DNA from: the human T2T-CHM13v2.0 reference genome, Homo sapiens
DNA length: 64,000 nucleotides
Reading direction: 5' to 3' (one strand)
NCBI RefSeq assembly: GCF_009914755.1
Contig: NC_060945.1
The notes under the pieces are model-generated. The model was not told where the DNA came from, did no database searches, and saw nothing but the letters and a program-made list of their open reading frames with translations. Below, one piece after another: positions 24,747 to 39,624 of the stretch. Both the position numbers and the translations under genes were made by a program. Every line of letters starts with the position of its first letter. Position 1 is the first letter of the stretch.

Positions 24747-27700
24747 TATTTTGCTCTTATCTTCTATTTGTTCCATCATTTTTTGCTCCTCTGTTCTTTC
24801 TTTCATGCCTTTTTATATTAACTGAACAATATTCAGCGTTCCATTTTAATTCCTTTATTGGCATTTTAGAAGAATATCTTCATATAATGTGGTGGTTCTC
24901 TAGGGATTGTAATAAACATCCTGGGCTTATCGCAGTCCACTTACTGTTAATAGTCAACGTTTTCATGGAACATAAAGAAAAGTTGTGGCAAAATTGTTGC
25001 GTTTAGTCTCCTGTCAGAGCTATTAATTTAGAATATTTTACTCTACATACGTTATCAATAGTACTCTTAATTTTTTATTTAAACCATCAGTTGTTTGTTA
25101 TAAAACTAAAAGAAAAAAGCCTTAGTTTTTCCTGTTTATGCACATGCCATTCCTAGAGCTTCTCCTTACTTCCTGTAGGTCAGAATTTCCATCTGTTGTT
25201 ATCTTTCTTTAGTCTAAAAAATTTCCGTTTGCATTTCTTGTATCTAGGTCTGCTAATGACAATTGTTCGAAGCTTTCTTTTATCTGAATAAATCTTTATT
25301 TTCTCAAGAATTACTTTTTCTAGTTATAGAATTTGGAGCTGACAGTTTTTTTTTTATTTTGAAGATGTAGTTTCATTGCTTTTTAAAGTGTCATTTCTGA
25401 TGACAGGTAGATGACCTATTTGTTTCCACGTATGTAAATTATTTTCTCCCTCCCTTTAGCTACTTTCAAGATTTACTCTTTTTTTGCCCAGTGTTTTGAC
25501 TATGGTATGTCTACATTTGGTTCTGTATATTTTTATTCTGTTCTTTGAGTTTCTTAAACCTGTAAGTTGATATATGCTGACAATTAGGAAAACTTTTGGT
25601 CTTTACTTTTTCAAATAGCTTTTTCTGTCTCATTTTCTTCTCTACTCTTTCTAGGAGTCCAATTATATTAGTGCTAGACTGGTCATATTTTTATTATTTT
25701 TCTCCTTTGTATTAGCTGTATTGGGAAATTGTTCTTGATCTGTTTTTAAGTGCACTGATAGTTTTTTCTGCCATCTTTAATTTACTGGTATGTGCATAAA
25801 ATGACACTTTTATATAAGATATTCTGTCTCTCAGTTCTAAAATTTGTCCTATTATCCCTTTATCATTTTTACTTCTCTGTTGAGATTCTCCATATATTCT
25901 CTCTTATGACCATCTATTCCTTAAATCCTTGAATATGCTTATAATAGCTTATTTTAAATTTCTCATCTTCTAATTCCAGCATGTGGGCCATTTCAATGTC
26001 TTAATCCATTGTTTACTTTTTTTGTTATGTGTCATATTTTCCTGGTTCTATGTCTAGGCAGGTTAAATTATATGTTAGATTATGTGTATGATATTTTGTA
26101 GAGATAGGCTCTTTTATTTTCCTTTGAAGAGTGACTCTTTTCTAACATTAGTCTTCTTTCTGTAGTCAAACACCAAACTTTCACTCCTGAGCTATATGCA
26201 ATGGTTGAAATCTCTGCTCTGTACTAGCAATTTAGCTGTTGTTTTCTGCTGGATTCTATGGAGTCTCTTTTTATGAATGTGAAATGTAGCAGCCATCATA
26301 TATCTGAATGAAGTTTAAGTGCTGATTTTAGATTTTTACTCTGTGACATTCTCCTCTGTGACTTTCAGTTGTGTGAGATTTCCTCCCATGTCATTCAAAT
26401 TTCCCAATTCTTCTTTTCTGTCAGCCTGGAACTCTGTACTCTTATTCCTCAAGCTAGTAAAACTCACCGCTTTACTCTTAGACATCTAATTTTGCACAGA
26501 CTTGGAAGTGTCATCAGGTGTGAAGTTACATTGATGCAAATTTAAATCATTGCAATTTTCTTTATTCAATGGTCAAATACTTCATCAGTGGTTGAATATT
26601 CTACTATTTCTGCCTGTTTTCTGTTTCTCATTACCATCAAATGTGTATTTAATTTTTTTTAGAGTTAATAGTTTTTTTCCCTGCATTTGAGTTAGACCTG
26701 AGCTACTACCACATTTTGTAATTCAAACTTTTTGTCTAACAATGTTTTAAAAAACTCTTTATTTGGAGGGAATTCTCAAATTTCTAAATACTCTACAAAC
26801 ATTAGGATCAGGGCTCACATTCCCAGTTTCCCTTGTAGCCAGATGTGCATATCGAACATGGCCTCAGCTAATGAAGCATACCCACATATTTGAAAGTAAG
26901 AAAAGTGTTAAGAGGAACTGTAGATATCATTTTAGTTGATGTAAGGATGGAAAATAAATAACCAACTTTCACTGGTGAACTTTGTCTTCAATCATTGTTT
27001 TCCCGTGGGTAAGCAGCTAATTTTCTGGCCTAGAGGTGAAATTGGTGTGTTGGTAAGAATTGATTTAATGATAACCTGCTTTTGTCTTTTTAAAAATTGT
27101 GAATCCACCATTGTTTCTGGTCCTGTTTTATACTTATGCAGTGTATAATCTCTCATGCAAAATTTAGTTCTTTGTTTCTCAGCTTAAACTGGATTTTGAT
27201 GAGCAGTTTTCACCTTCAAATGAAAGAAATGGCTTTGGTTGATGTTAGACAAAAATAACAAGAAGGAATTAAAGAAATTTGTTTGTCATCTTGTAACATT
27301 AAATAAATGAAACTGAAAATTCAACAATTCTGTTTCATAAAAAAGTAGAAAGTTTCTACTGTTTTTCATTATTTTCAAAGCTATATCATTAAATGAAATT
27401 TCTGCCTCATGGAAGGTTTTTAGAACTATGTAATAATACCATACAGACCATTAGGAGAGAAATGAATAAAGACTGAAAGAAGTAAGCACTGTGTGGTAAC
27501 ATAGATGGTGCACAGTTGTGTGTGTGGAGCCCTAATACATTTGACCATGGAATTTATACAATAAATGTCAGTTTCCTGTGAACCTGCTAATTAATATGAC
27601 TTTCGCAGACCTTTCCTTAACCTAAACTGTTTAGGTTTCCTGTCGACAGACTGCATGTATTCTCACCTTTAACCTTTCCATAATCTTCCCTAATTACAGA

Positions 27701-28645
27701 TGTCATTGGTTCTTAATAGCAAAAGAACAGCAGTAGCTTATAAAGTTATATTATTTGTTTTTTACTAATATGTGAAGTGATTTTGTCTTTCATTTCACCT
27801 CTAGAGCTAATTATGTCTTCTAGGTTAACAAAAATTCCAGATCATACCATCATTAGTTTAAACTTTACAATGAAATCATTATTTCCATTTATTACTAGCC
27901 TGCATTATAGCAATGTTTAGCTAATGAATTCTCAAAATATTTCTTGAAAGGTGAAAGAGTACCTCAAGTAAATGATGTAATTAATTTATTTATCAGAATT
28001 TTAAATTAAGTGTTCTGTTTAATCTCAAAGGGGTACCAATGAAGTCAGGGCATAAGGACTCTGGTTAATAAAACGGTAAGAATTAAAAAAGATTATTACA
28101 TTTTTCCTCATACTATGATGGCTATAATTTTTAAAACAGTAGAAATGTTTAATTTTTAAAGGCTACTAGTGTCTATTTCATTCAAAGATGTGAGCTCTTC
28201 AGTTCAACTTGTTGTTTGAAATTTGAACAGCTTTTTCTTGCTTTTGTTCAATACAGTTATTTAACAGTCCAGGCAGGCCTCCGGAGTTACATATATGTAT
28301 GTGGCTATGTGTGTATATATACATAGAAGTACAAATAGCATATAAACAATTTACATAAGACTTTTGCTTTTGATGAAAATTCTTCTAAAAGTGAATATAA
28401 ATTAATAGCATATGGAGCCTACAAAAATTGTCCAATAGGGAACTAGGAAAAGATAATTTGTGAAGAAAAAGTTTGCTAAAACAGACTTTTTATTTTTACA
28501 TGTAATAACTTTATATTGAAGGGTTTCCAGAAATATAAAATGTTATAGGGCACTTATCCTGAGACACATGAAGGAGACAAGGGATAGAGCTAGGATGGAA
28601 GTGAAAATAAAGGACAAATAGAGATAGATACTTAAGTGGAAATGA

Positions 28646-28891
28646 AACACTGCATGTTCTCACTCATAGGTGGGAATTGAACAATGAGAACACATACACA
28701 CAGGAAGGGGAACATCACACACCAGGGCCTGTTGTGGGGTGGGGAGAGGGGGTAGGGATAGTATTAGGAGATATACCTAATGCTAAATGATAAGTTAATG
28801 GGTGCAGCACACCAACATGGCACATGTATACATATGTAATTAAATTGCACGTTGTGCACATGTGCCCTAAAACTTAAAGTATAAAAAAAAA
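28646..28891 (+). mobile_element. L1PA3/4-like 3' end, 5'-truncated
   Basis: catgttctcactcataggtgggaattgaacaatgag..cctaaaacttaaagtata plus A tail. Confidence 0.95.
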
Positions 28892-30810
28892 ATCATCAAA
28901 CAGGAGGTAATTTCAAAACATGGCTTTTCCAGGCAGCAAATTTTCTGAATGTATCGCAAAAGAAGATAAATTGCATGTCTATGTAGATCATGTCAATGAA
29001 ATAAACAATAAAGTTACTTATTGGAATATTGAAAGTGGTTGATAATAAATAAATTATTTATATTTATGGTAAAAGCAATAAACTTGATTTTTAGGGGGTT
29101 CAATGACTTCCTGAAAATATCCTCTCACAGATTTTCTCAGAGTGTCTAGTTGGCAAAAGCACAGCTCCAAATAGCTATTTCTGTCAACGTCTACAGAACA
29201 TTTACAGTTTGATTTCTAAAAGTTTCCATTTCTACTGACCTTACAAATTTGTAAAGTGAATGCCCACCAGGACAAAATATTAAGTGATAAAATTAATTGG
29301 ATCCTACAAGTGCAAATCTAGGCAAGGAAAATCTTCTTCCTTCTTAATGAATGATTTTTATGTCTCTTCATTCTTGTCCTTCTAGGTAGAGCAACACTCT
29401 GGAGACCTTCTTTTGAGGCATTTCACCACCAGAGTAAGTGTGATGTGTGAGTAATTAGTCCACCCACAGGGAGCTGGTGAAATTAAATTGGAAGTTATTT
29501 CCTAACTGGCATATCTTGGAGTAAAATTAATCTAATAACAGCTTTCATAAGAGAGCATAAGCTTAAAAGACAACATTTTTCATTCAACTTTACCAAACAA
29601 AGTGCAAATTTAGGTGTCCAGTTGTGAAGTTTTGTTGTGTGTGGATTGTACAGTGAAGGTACCAGTGGACAACAGTTGCTCATCAAGCAAGTTTATACAA
29701 AAGCTTTCGGACAAGTCCAACTCTAGATAAAATTCTAAAGTATTTCATGCTTGTGTTCAGAGTTTCTTTTTCTCTCTCCAAGGTAACCCACATATCAAAA
29801 GACATATGGGTTGTGGGTAGAACTTCCTAAAATTGCTGGTGAGAAGTGTGCCATGCATAAGCATACTTCACTAGCTTGAATTTTCTGTTAGTCTCACAGG
29901 CAACAATTACAATCCTGTATGATTTTCTATCTCCACACACTCCTGAATATAGAAAGACCAAGTAACATCCCTGGTTAAGATGTGTACAGGTTCCAAGACA
30001 TGTCTAAATATATTCACCAAGAGGTTTATTATTTTCACAGTGGCATTCACTAAATCAGTTGTCAGTGTAGCATTACTCAAGGAATAAGCAGGGTCTTTAA
30101 TTTATCAAAGTTTGGAGTGCACCCCAAGTTGGATCACTGAAGCACATAACTATAGATAAGATCACTCAAAAGCACAAATCCAGGTAATAAATATTCACTA
30201 GTAGTTTATATGCATTTAGCAATTTGAATGCTGGGAAGTGTAGCCCAGAAAATCAATCGACATGGAGCTATTAAAGAGGCATTCATGGCACCTGCACTTT
30301 GAATCTCTTCAGACTCAGGTTAAACAGGAGACATGTTAGCTCATGTATAGTGCAAAAACCCGTCCTCTTTCCCTTTTTATCTATGAACCTGCCCTTTTCA
30401 ATGTTATCTAGATGCCTGAAGGTATGAATACCCTTGATCTTGGTAAAAAATGGTACCACCCGTCAGCAAAATCTCACTGATCAGTGTCTATGTTACCTCA
30501 CTGAGTTAGCCTTTTGTGTTGTTGTGGCCCAGAATGACAATGTTGACACAATCCAAACCAGTAGTTGGGAAGTTAATGTTGGATGCGTCTTTGACAATTG
30601 ATGGAATGACCTGAAATCAAATGTGAGGCAGTGGAGACACAAGAATGCTATTCAGGAAGTTAGTGATCTGTGGAGATACTAAATGAAATATCTGGAAGGA
30701 AATGTAATCTTGCAACTATGCTTTTATGTGTTTTTTGACATAAACAGTTTCTATTTATGGTGGAGCTAGAGTGTCCATTTCCCATGAAGTTCCCATAGTG
30801 TTAACTAATA

Positions 30811-31185
30811 CAGTCATGTGTCACTTAATGACAGGGGTGTGTCTGAGAAATGCATTGCTGGACGATATTATTATTGTGTGAACATCACAGAGTTTACTTA
30901 CACAAACCTAGATGCTATAGCTGATTACATATCTAGGTTAGGTGGTATAGCCTATTCCTCCTAGGCTACAAACCTGTGCAGCATGTTATTGTACTGAATA
31001 CTGTAGGCAATTGTAACACAACAGTTAAGTATATCTATACTTACTTATATCTATACAGTAAGTGTATCTATACATGTCTAAACATACAAGAGGTACAGTA
31101 AAAGTACAGCGTTATGATTTTATTGCACCACTGTCATACATGTGCACTATCCTTGACCAAAATGTTGTTATGTGATGCATGATTG
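30811..31185. mobile_element. Tigger3a/MER7-like non-autonomous DNA transposon
   Basis: Terminal inverted repeats cagtcatgtgtcac..gtgatgcatgattg, flanked by TA on both sides. Confidence 0.85.
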
Positions 31186-32114
31186 TAACAAAAGAATTAA
31201 TTAAATATAATATTGAAGTGCCTATTGAGATTTCAATGAAGAGAGGAATATTTGTAAATTCTGATTACCTTAAGTGGGAATTGACTTTCTTCCTGTTTCC
31301 ATGGCTGTTCTTGTGAAAGAGCATAGCTTTCCAAAGACCTGAAATCTCTGACAAATCTTGCAATTCTCTATTGCCTGCATTATGAAAGTCACCTGGTATC
31401 AAATGAGGCAAAATTGTAGATTATAAAGACCTGTACTTGTCAGTTCCTAAACATAGCAAGCCTTGGTCTATCTTGAACATTTCTGCAGTTATAAATGAGC
31501 CTTGGGTCATGATTTTCTGCCTTTTTATCATAGACAAGATTTAATTTAGGAGATGTCCTTTTAATGTGTAATGTGAATAGTAAGTGACACTTATGAAGCC
31601 TATTTTCTTCCAGCCATTTTAATTGTCAAATCTGTCCAGTCAAGATGCATTGTTAGAGGCTTCACTGACAACACCGTCTGTGTGTGTGGCTGTGTGTGTG
31701 TGTATACATACACATGGTTGAGCAGGATTTATTGTAAGTCAAAACAGTCTCAAATTTCTTTGGACAATACAGCTTCCTTGGCCATTCCCTTGGAGCTCTG
31801 AGTTGAGGAGCTGGTGATGTGTATTTCTCTTGCATGTTCTCCACATTATCCCTATGCAGGTCTTCCATGGGCTTGGTTTTGGAACCAGTGATGAGGAAGA
31901 TCACTAGAATTGTTGTTGTCAAAAAGATGCCTCCATTCTTCTGTATAAGCAATGGCAATTTTCCCTGACCAATATTTCTTCTTTTGAAATGGTAAATTTT
32001 GAATATTAACTGATTAATATAATCCCATAAAATAACAAAGTTTGAGCCCTATGATCTGTATTTTAGGCTAAAGTTGTGTTTTATGCTAAATCATCATTTA
32101 CTCCATGTATGATC

Positions 32115-32290
32115 TTTTTTTTTTTTTTTTTTTGAGACAGAGTCTCACACTGTCACTCAGGCTGGAGTGCAGTGGCACAATTTTGGCTTACTGCAAGCTC
32201 CGCCTCCCAGGTGCACACCATCCTCCTGCTTCAGCCTCCTGAGTAGCTGGGACTACAGGTGCCCACCACCACACCCAGCTAATTGTTTTT
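32115..32290 (-). mobile_element. Alu right monomer only (5'-truncated, Y-like)
   Basis: poly-T, right arm, ends at the A-rich linker. Confidence 0.9.
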
Positions 32291-33954
32291 TAAGATTAAG
32301 GGCGAAATAAAAGCTGCTCTCCTATATTACATTCATAAATCAGAATTATTAAAGCAAGCTATTTATTTATTACAAACACATACTCCAAATTTAGCATCTA
32401 AGACATGACAGTCTTTCAAGAGACATCAATTTACTTTTTAGGGTCTATAGCTATATTTGTATTCATGTTATTGGTGTCCATAATATTTCATTAGATGTTC
32501 TGGGTAAATTGATAAATGAAAATAACGTATGTGATAAGGAGAACAACCTAGGTCTCCTGGAGGGCCCCTTACAACTCAGCTGGTGTTAGCAGAAATGCCT
32601 GGGTGTAACAGTGAGAAACAACCTTTCAAAAGTATTGAGCAATTTTTCAGGCAGAGGAATATGTATGCCAATCCAGGCAGCCAGATAAGTGGAGGTCAGT
32701 TAAAAGATCAGTGTGTGATTACATTTTTTTTTTAAGGTTTCTACTGAGAGGAAATATAACTCTCAGTTATTATTTTCTCTGCATATCTCTGGTTATTTTG
32801 TCACAACTTTTTATGTAAGCTACTACCAAACACTGGGTTATCCAAGATCTATGGGTCGTATTCAATATTTGCTTTTCCCTCAACTACTAACACGTTTGAT
32901 TCCCTTTGTAACTTTCTCCCCTATTTCTCCTTTGAACCTGTTTTCCCCAACCACACTGAGTTAATAAGCCTCCTATATACTCTCATACCCTGTTTTATCT
33001 AAAGAGATTTCCTTTTTCTACTATTATACCCATCTCATTCCTTAATTTTTTCTTCTTATTTCTCTCTCTATTTTTTACTCTTTTAGGCACAGCTCATGTC
33101 TCATGACTTTCAAAAAGTTTTTCTTCTGATATTCCCAGCTCGAATTAGGTATATCCCAATCAGTTTCCTTAGAATTACAAGTCTGCATATTATTGGCTTG
33201 CAATCTGTCTTAGGCTGGGAATTGGCTCCTTGTAGGCAGGGACTAGAATTTATTTCCTCTTATGTCCATAATGCCTGACACAGGAACTATTCTCACATAC
33301 AAATTGTAGGGCCATAATTCCTGAGAACATATGTATATTTTAGTGACTCATAAAGGCTTGAAATACATTTTTAAAATGATTAATTGGGAAGTCCATGAAC
33401 TTGACATCTTGATGTAGAAGAAAAGCAAGGGCAGATGAAGAAGTTATACACGATACTTGAAATACCAGAAGAATATAATCAGAGAGCAATAAATTAATCC
33501 TAGATTTTTAGATGTGAAGAAGTTCTGAGAAATATTTGAAGACTTGGCTCTAGGGATGAGTACATAACAGAGACCAGTAGCCAGACTCAGAGCTTTAAAG
33601 AGTGAAGAAATGGCATTGCAGGGGGAAGGACTGTTGTATACTAAATAGAAATTGTCATTAAATGGAAGACTAAGCAAGAGGCTGATGATCTGTGGATGAG
33701 AGACCAAAATGGTGTGGAGATAGAGGTAAATGCCATAATCTACAAAGAAGATATTTTTGTGCCAGAACGAAATGATAGGTCTAGAATGTAATAAAAGATA
33801 AATAGTTAACTACATTGTAATGTGGTCTGAGAACTCACTGAAGGCATAGCCATTGATATTAACTTCCACTTTGCTTCCAGACAAAAGATTTTAAATATCT
33901 TAAAAATTACATTTGATATTGTATGATTCATCAAGACAAAGTAAAGCTGTAGTT

Positions 33955-34147
33955 GCCCTGGGGGGGTGGGGAATGGGGAGTCACTTTTAATGGGTACAGG
34001 ATTTCAATTTTAAAAGACAAAAAGAATTATGGAGATGGGTGGTGGTGATGCTTGCACAACATTGTGAATACATTTAATGACACCGAATTGTATAATTAAC
34101 AGTGGTTAAGATGCAAATTGTTGAGTGTGTTTTGCCACAATTAAAAA
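33955..34147 (+). mobile_element. L1MB-type 3' end
   Basis: tttaatgggtacagga..ggagatgggtggtggtgatgcttgcacaacattgtgaat. Confidence 0.75.
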
Positions 34148-34769
34148 ACAGAAAACAATAGTATTTGAAGATATAGCCCATTTCATCTGGTAGCTAGCTG
34201 TATGTGTCTGCTCAGCTGTGGATAGATATTTATGCTGTTTCTGAACTGGAGGTTACTGGTATTCTCTAAGGTATAGGAAAATTGATCTTATGTGGCTAAC
34301 TGAGGTGGATATAGTTGTATCAGTCAGACAGTAATGATATAATCATGAGAGTTTACATTTAACACAACTTACATGTGTTATACTTTAGAAAGCACTTCAT
34401 AGATATTATTACTTCATACCATTTTCCCCTTACCATATTTGTCTCTCCTTTCTCTGCTGACTTCACAAAATGTCTGTTCCACACTACTCAGTTCATCTCC
34501 TTATTTTGTCAAAATTTTAAGTATCAGAGTCTCCAAAAAAAAAATTCCAGACAAGTCTCATCAGCTTTCGGTCATTGATTAATCGATGCTCTTAGGGGGT
34601 TTCCCTTCCCCTTCTCAATTTAACATAGCTTCCCAATTCACTTGCCAGTAAAACAACGTTGTTTATATGGTTTTGTATTTCTTCCTGCTGAATTATGAAC
34701 ATTTTTTCATATTGACATTGATTTCCATCTGGCCATGAAATACTCAAGGTGAAGAAAATGAAACAAAAT

Positions 34770-35190
34770 TGTTAATATTTATCAAGAGCCAGGTACTGTT
34801 TTCAGTGTCCTAGAAGCATAAACTAGTGTAATGCTCACCAGCTCATATGAGAGGCAAAAATGGATGAAACTATAAAACCAAGACACAGAGAGTTAAGGGA
34901 AATTTCCCAAGATCACACAGCCACTGAGGCTATGAACTAGATTTTGACTTCAGGCTGTTTACCCCAGAACCTGTGCTTTCAACCGTCATTTGTACTGCTT
35001 CCCTAAATTACACTTGAGTACACTGTGACATCAAATTTCACCTATGACACTGATTATCTGGGGAACTTTGCAACTTATTCTGAATATGACTCAGTTTTAT
35101 TTTCTGTACAGAGGTAAAGTCAGTATATACTCCATAGATTTGTTATAAGGATTATATGAAATGACACAAGAGAAGGCTTTAAAAGGACTT
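34770..35190. mobile_element. MIR fragments
   Basis: acacagagagttaaggga..cccaagatcacacagc MIR core; weaker second copy near 35050-35190. Confidence 0.55.
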
Positions 35191-36829
35191 GGAAAGCAAT
35201 AAGCTTTTTTGTTTTCAATCATTTTTCAATAGGTTATCAGTGTTGTGAATGGTTCATGAAAAATGACTTTGGGCTCAGTGAGTAACTGAAATGTTGTTGT
35301 TTAATAGTGTGTTTAATATTAATATAATAGTAACAAATGTTGTTATTGTTGAGTAATAGTTATTTGGCTTTTCGCTGCTTTTCTTTTCTAGTGTTTTAGT
35401 CAGAGACTTCTTAAGTCTCCTCAAGTGTGTACACATTTCTTAAATTTGTTGGAAAGTACCAAATTTAAGATATCTTGCATTTTTTTTCTTCCTTAGTAAA
35501 CACTAAATTCCATCACACAGCAGAAAAAGGGCTCTGTTATTGTCGGTACAATGGTTTAATATTCACTTTTATTCCCTATATCATAGTTCTGATTTAATTA
35601 CTATTTAGAATAAAACTTGTTCCTTATTATATGCATTCATAATTATAAAATTTGTGTTTTAATGCCTTCTACAAATATACTGTGCTTTTCTTTATTTCCT
35701 TATATCTTTTACTGTTGCATGATCCTGGTATTTGAAATCTCATTAAGTGTTGTTTGGGGATTTGCTGGGAATGTCATCTACATAGTAATGTCTCAAGTTT
35801 GTAGCATCTTTAAAACATAATAGGAGACGGAATTCACAGCAGAGTAATAAGCCTCCCACTTTAGGCAATATATTTGTGATTGACATGACTTTGTTCCCAG
35901 AGGGCAGTTAGCAACACAATATTATGGCTATGTGTACAAGGAAAACAAATTTTAAAAATCTCCTTTAAAAAAAACAGTTCCCAATCCTAACCAGTATCAT
36001 GCACAGAATCCGTTTCCACCTCTTCATATGGAAGCAGCTCTGGGTGGACATCTAGAAAGTTGGATAACTATTTATCACATATGATCTGCAAAGGGAGAGA
36101 TTTACAAGAAAGTATTAAATTTGATCCATAGGAAAGCAAAATCAAAAATCAATGAATTTTCCATTTGTAGTTTTCCCTAGGGGCTCTACTCTCAAGATGG
36201 CTTAAATGCATTAGAATTCAATGACTAGGCACAATTGTTTGTTAGTGACATAAAAGCAAGGTAAGCATTTCTGCTTTATGAGTCCAAGCACAGGGACACT
36301 TGGTTTTATTTGGAAGGATATCATAAAGGCAATGTTTATGAGTAATCCCTCATTGTCTTTTCTTCTGTAACATTCAATGCTATGTACTAAAATTTAGAAA
36401 TGAAAACTACTTAAAGACCACCTGCTAAGTTTCATGTATTTCAAATTCTCAGATCCTGAGTGTTTAAATATGTCTGTATTTCTTCATGAAAAAAACATAA
36501 TCTTTGCCAAGTTAGAAAAAGAAAAACTCATATTCCCATTTTTAACTAAAGGTAATCAGAAATTTGGACAGTTTTTAGCCTTCAATACATTATGTAATTT
36601 GGGTAACAGGCTGAATAAAAGTAAGGAACTTCAGTTAAATTCAGAGAGAAGCTAGTAATTATTTCTAAGACTCAAATGTATAGAACAGATCTCTGATATT
36701 AAGGATAAGACCCTCAAAGGTGACACAAAATGGGTAATTGTGGGATTATTTTAGGAGGAATCATCATATATTCTTACTGCTATAAATACAGTCAAATGTC
36801 AGATAAATATACTCCACTGAAATGTTTTC

Positions 36830-37150
36830 TAGGAATGATGTTGGAACCAATGTTGATAATTTTGAAAGTCATGGAGAGGATTTCAGATGATAGAAGTCGG
36901 GCAAATATCCCAGGTTTAATAAATAAGCAAATGGTGAGTTCCAAAGCTGCTGTATCAGTGAGCCTCATATTGATCCTGAGCACAATTTCAGAAAGGTCCA
37001 TTAAATGGGTCTTTGGAGAGCACTTAGGATAAGAGGCTGGCAGCAAAGATTCACTAAGAACAATGGTGCCAAGCTTGCCTCTTTGACATTGTTATCTGAC
37101 TGATAAAGGTAGGCTATAGCGGTACACAATACAGATATTTCCAGGGTAAA
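36830..37150 (+). mobile_element. Ancient CR1/L3 LINE RT fragment
   Basis: LEPMLIILK..DDRSRANIP..VSVSLILILSTISERSIKWVFGEHL resembles CR1 AEPLSIIFE..EDWRRANV..RPVSLTSIPGKILEQII..CEHL; downstream caaagattcactaagaac reads QRFTKN (CR1 QHGFTKN). Confidence 0.65.
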
Positions 37151-38277
37151 GCTGTTGAGCTGCTGTAATTTTCCTTGCCTCTTCACTATCTTCTCCTATA
37201 GTTGACTCCCAAGGAAAAGATAGTTGACTTTTAATCTAGAAATGTATGTTAATTGGCAAAAACAAAAAAATGAAACCATAAAATATCCTTTAGGCTTCTC
37301 TCTGCTCAGTTATTAGATCATATGAATGTGCCCTTAGGAAACACAGAAGGCCCACACTATTATAGAGACAAATTTCTTACATTTTCTGCTGTTTAATGCT
37401 CTTCAAAAGACTTACCATACTTCACTAATTTGATTACCAACTACTTGAACACAGGGACCAATGTGTTTATTAAAAATTTTGCATATTATGAGGGCATTAA
37501 CTTTTAATTATTCAATTGTTAAGACAATGCATATTATTATAAACCATAGAAGGCACACTTATTACCTCCTTAAGAACCAGTCTCTATTTCTCTGGTTCAT
37601 AGATCTCCAAGTTTATAGAGGGATTGGACATTTGTGTCTTCAATTGGCCCTCTTCAGCCCTAGGATAAATAGTGATTAATCTAAGCCAATAGTTTTCGGC
37701 TCTGTCTGACCCAATGCCTCTACTTCATAAGAAATTCTTCAAAGACCCCTTCGCTATTCTAAATTATTAGTGAGAACACAATGTATGCATTCAAGTTGTT
37801 GAAAATATTAATGTTATGCTGAAGCTAACAAAGGAGAAATAATTTACTGTCAATATATAATCCAAAATGTATATAATTGTGCCAGAACATTTACATATCA
37901 AATACAATAGAACATAATGAAATTTTCATATCTTCGCCCATACCTTGAAACATTGTAAATAAAAAGTTACAAATATAGTTTCATTGAATAACCAAATGCC
38001 AAAACTGCCATTTCTATTGTTGACATGATTGAACTGCATTGGTAAATGTAATAGATACTTTCTGTTTGGCCCTTGTCCCCTGTTATACTCCCCTGTTTAC
38101 TGGCTTTTGTCCAAGTGGAATGGTCCATATTGAATATCTCCATCGGTTCCCTTGTTCATTGCCTTCTATGCATGTTCATGAGATTAAAGGGAAGGAGGAA
38201 ATGGGATTGGGGGTTATTGCCTAAACTCCCTCTCTGCTAGGTCTCCTGGACCAATCTTTTTCATAAGAAAATTAGTG

Positions 38278-38589
38278 GGCCGGGCGCGGTGGCTCACGCC
38301 TGTAATCCCAGCACTTTGGGAGGCCGAGGCGGGTGGATCATGAGGTCAGGAGATCGAGACCATCCTGGCTAACAAGGTGAAACCCCGTCTCTACTAAAAA
38401 TACAAAAAAAATTAGCCGGGCGCGGTGGCGGGCGCCTGTAGTCCCAGCTACTCAGGAGGCTGAGGCAGGAGAATGGCGTGAACCCGGGAAGCGGAGCTTG
38501 CAGTGAGCCGAGATTGCGCCACTGCAGTCCGCAGTCCCGCCTGGGCGACAGAACGAGACTCCGTCTCAAAAAAAAAAAAAAAAAAAAAA
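38278..38589 (+). mobile_element. AluYb8 (human-specific)
   Basis: Diagnostic 7-bp duplication gcagtccgcagtcc, ctaacaaggtgaaa, cgggaagcggagc; most CpGs intact; pure A tail; TSD aagaaaattagtg at 38265-38277 and 38590-38602. Confidence 0.97.
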
Positions 38590-39311
38590 AAGAAAATTAG
38601 TGTTTCCTTCTGTGATCAGGGCAGTTTACTCCCCAGAACTCTGCCTGCCACTGCTAAACCAGAGTTATTGTGGGGTGTGATTTCTGTGATTCCTTCACCC
38701 TTCTCCCCTGACATTTTCGTAAGTAGTCTCTTTGGAAATAAACCCAAGTTAAATTATCTTAGTTGGTGTGTTTTCTATTTTTCCTATTGAGACTCTGAAA
38801 TGAGTATCTAAATGAAAAAATCTACCATCTTTTCTCATATACATAGTAGTTTCATTCTTGCAAAATTCATGGCATATTAAAACCATGCAAAAGTACTTGG
38901 CACTTAGGCAGTTACATTTGGGATTGTATAATTAAACAAAGCAGGTTATTCACCTTCATTACATTAGAAAGTCATTCAGGACATACAGCAATCCTTAATT
39001 AGGAGCGGCTATCCCATGTTACTGGACATATGGTATCCCTGTTTTCCAATCCTTAAAGTTTTTCCTTAAAGTTCCAAAATGCCGTCACTTATTATTTCCT
39101 GCCATTGAATTTTGTCACATGAAGTTGTAAGGCTGGGAATGCCATAGCCATCTTGAAAACATAGGTAGAAAGATAAGATAATCACAAAGAAGTGGATCAT
39201 GTTGAATTAACTAAGCATTGATACCATCTATTTGTTGTGCGATTTGGTCAAAGTTGCTCCTTGTTTTTTTCTTCAATTAGTTGACTATTCTGTTACTTGA
39301 AGCTAAAAACA

Positions 39312-39624
<313 letters not shown>

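Noticed and set aside
33040-33150. Long pyrimidine tract and AG at 33085-33086 as an exon start
   Set aside because: Low-complexity CT/T tract with no convincing donor.
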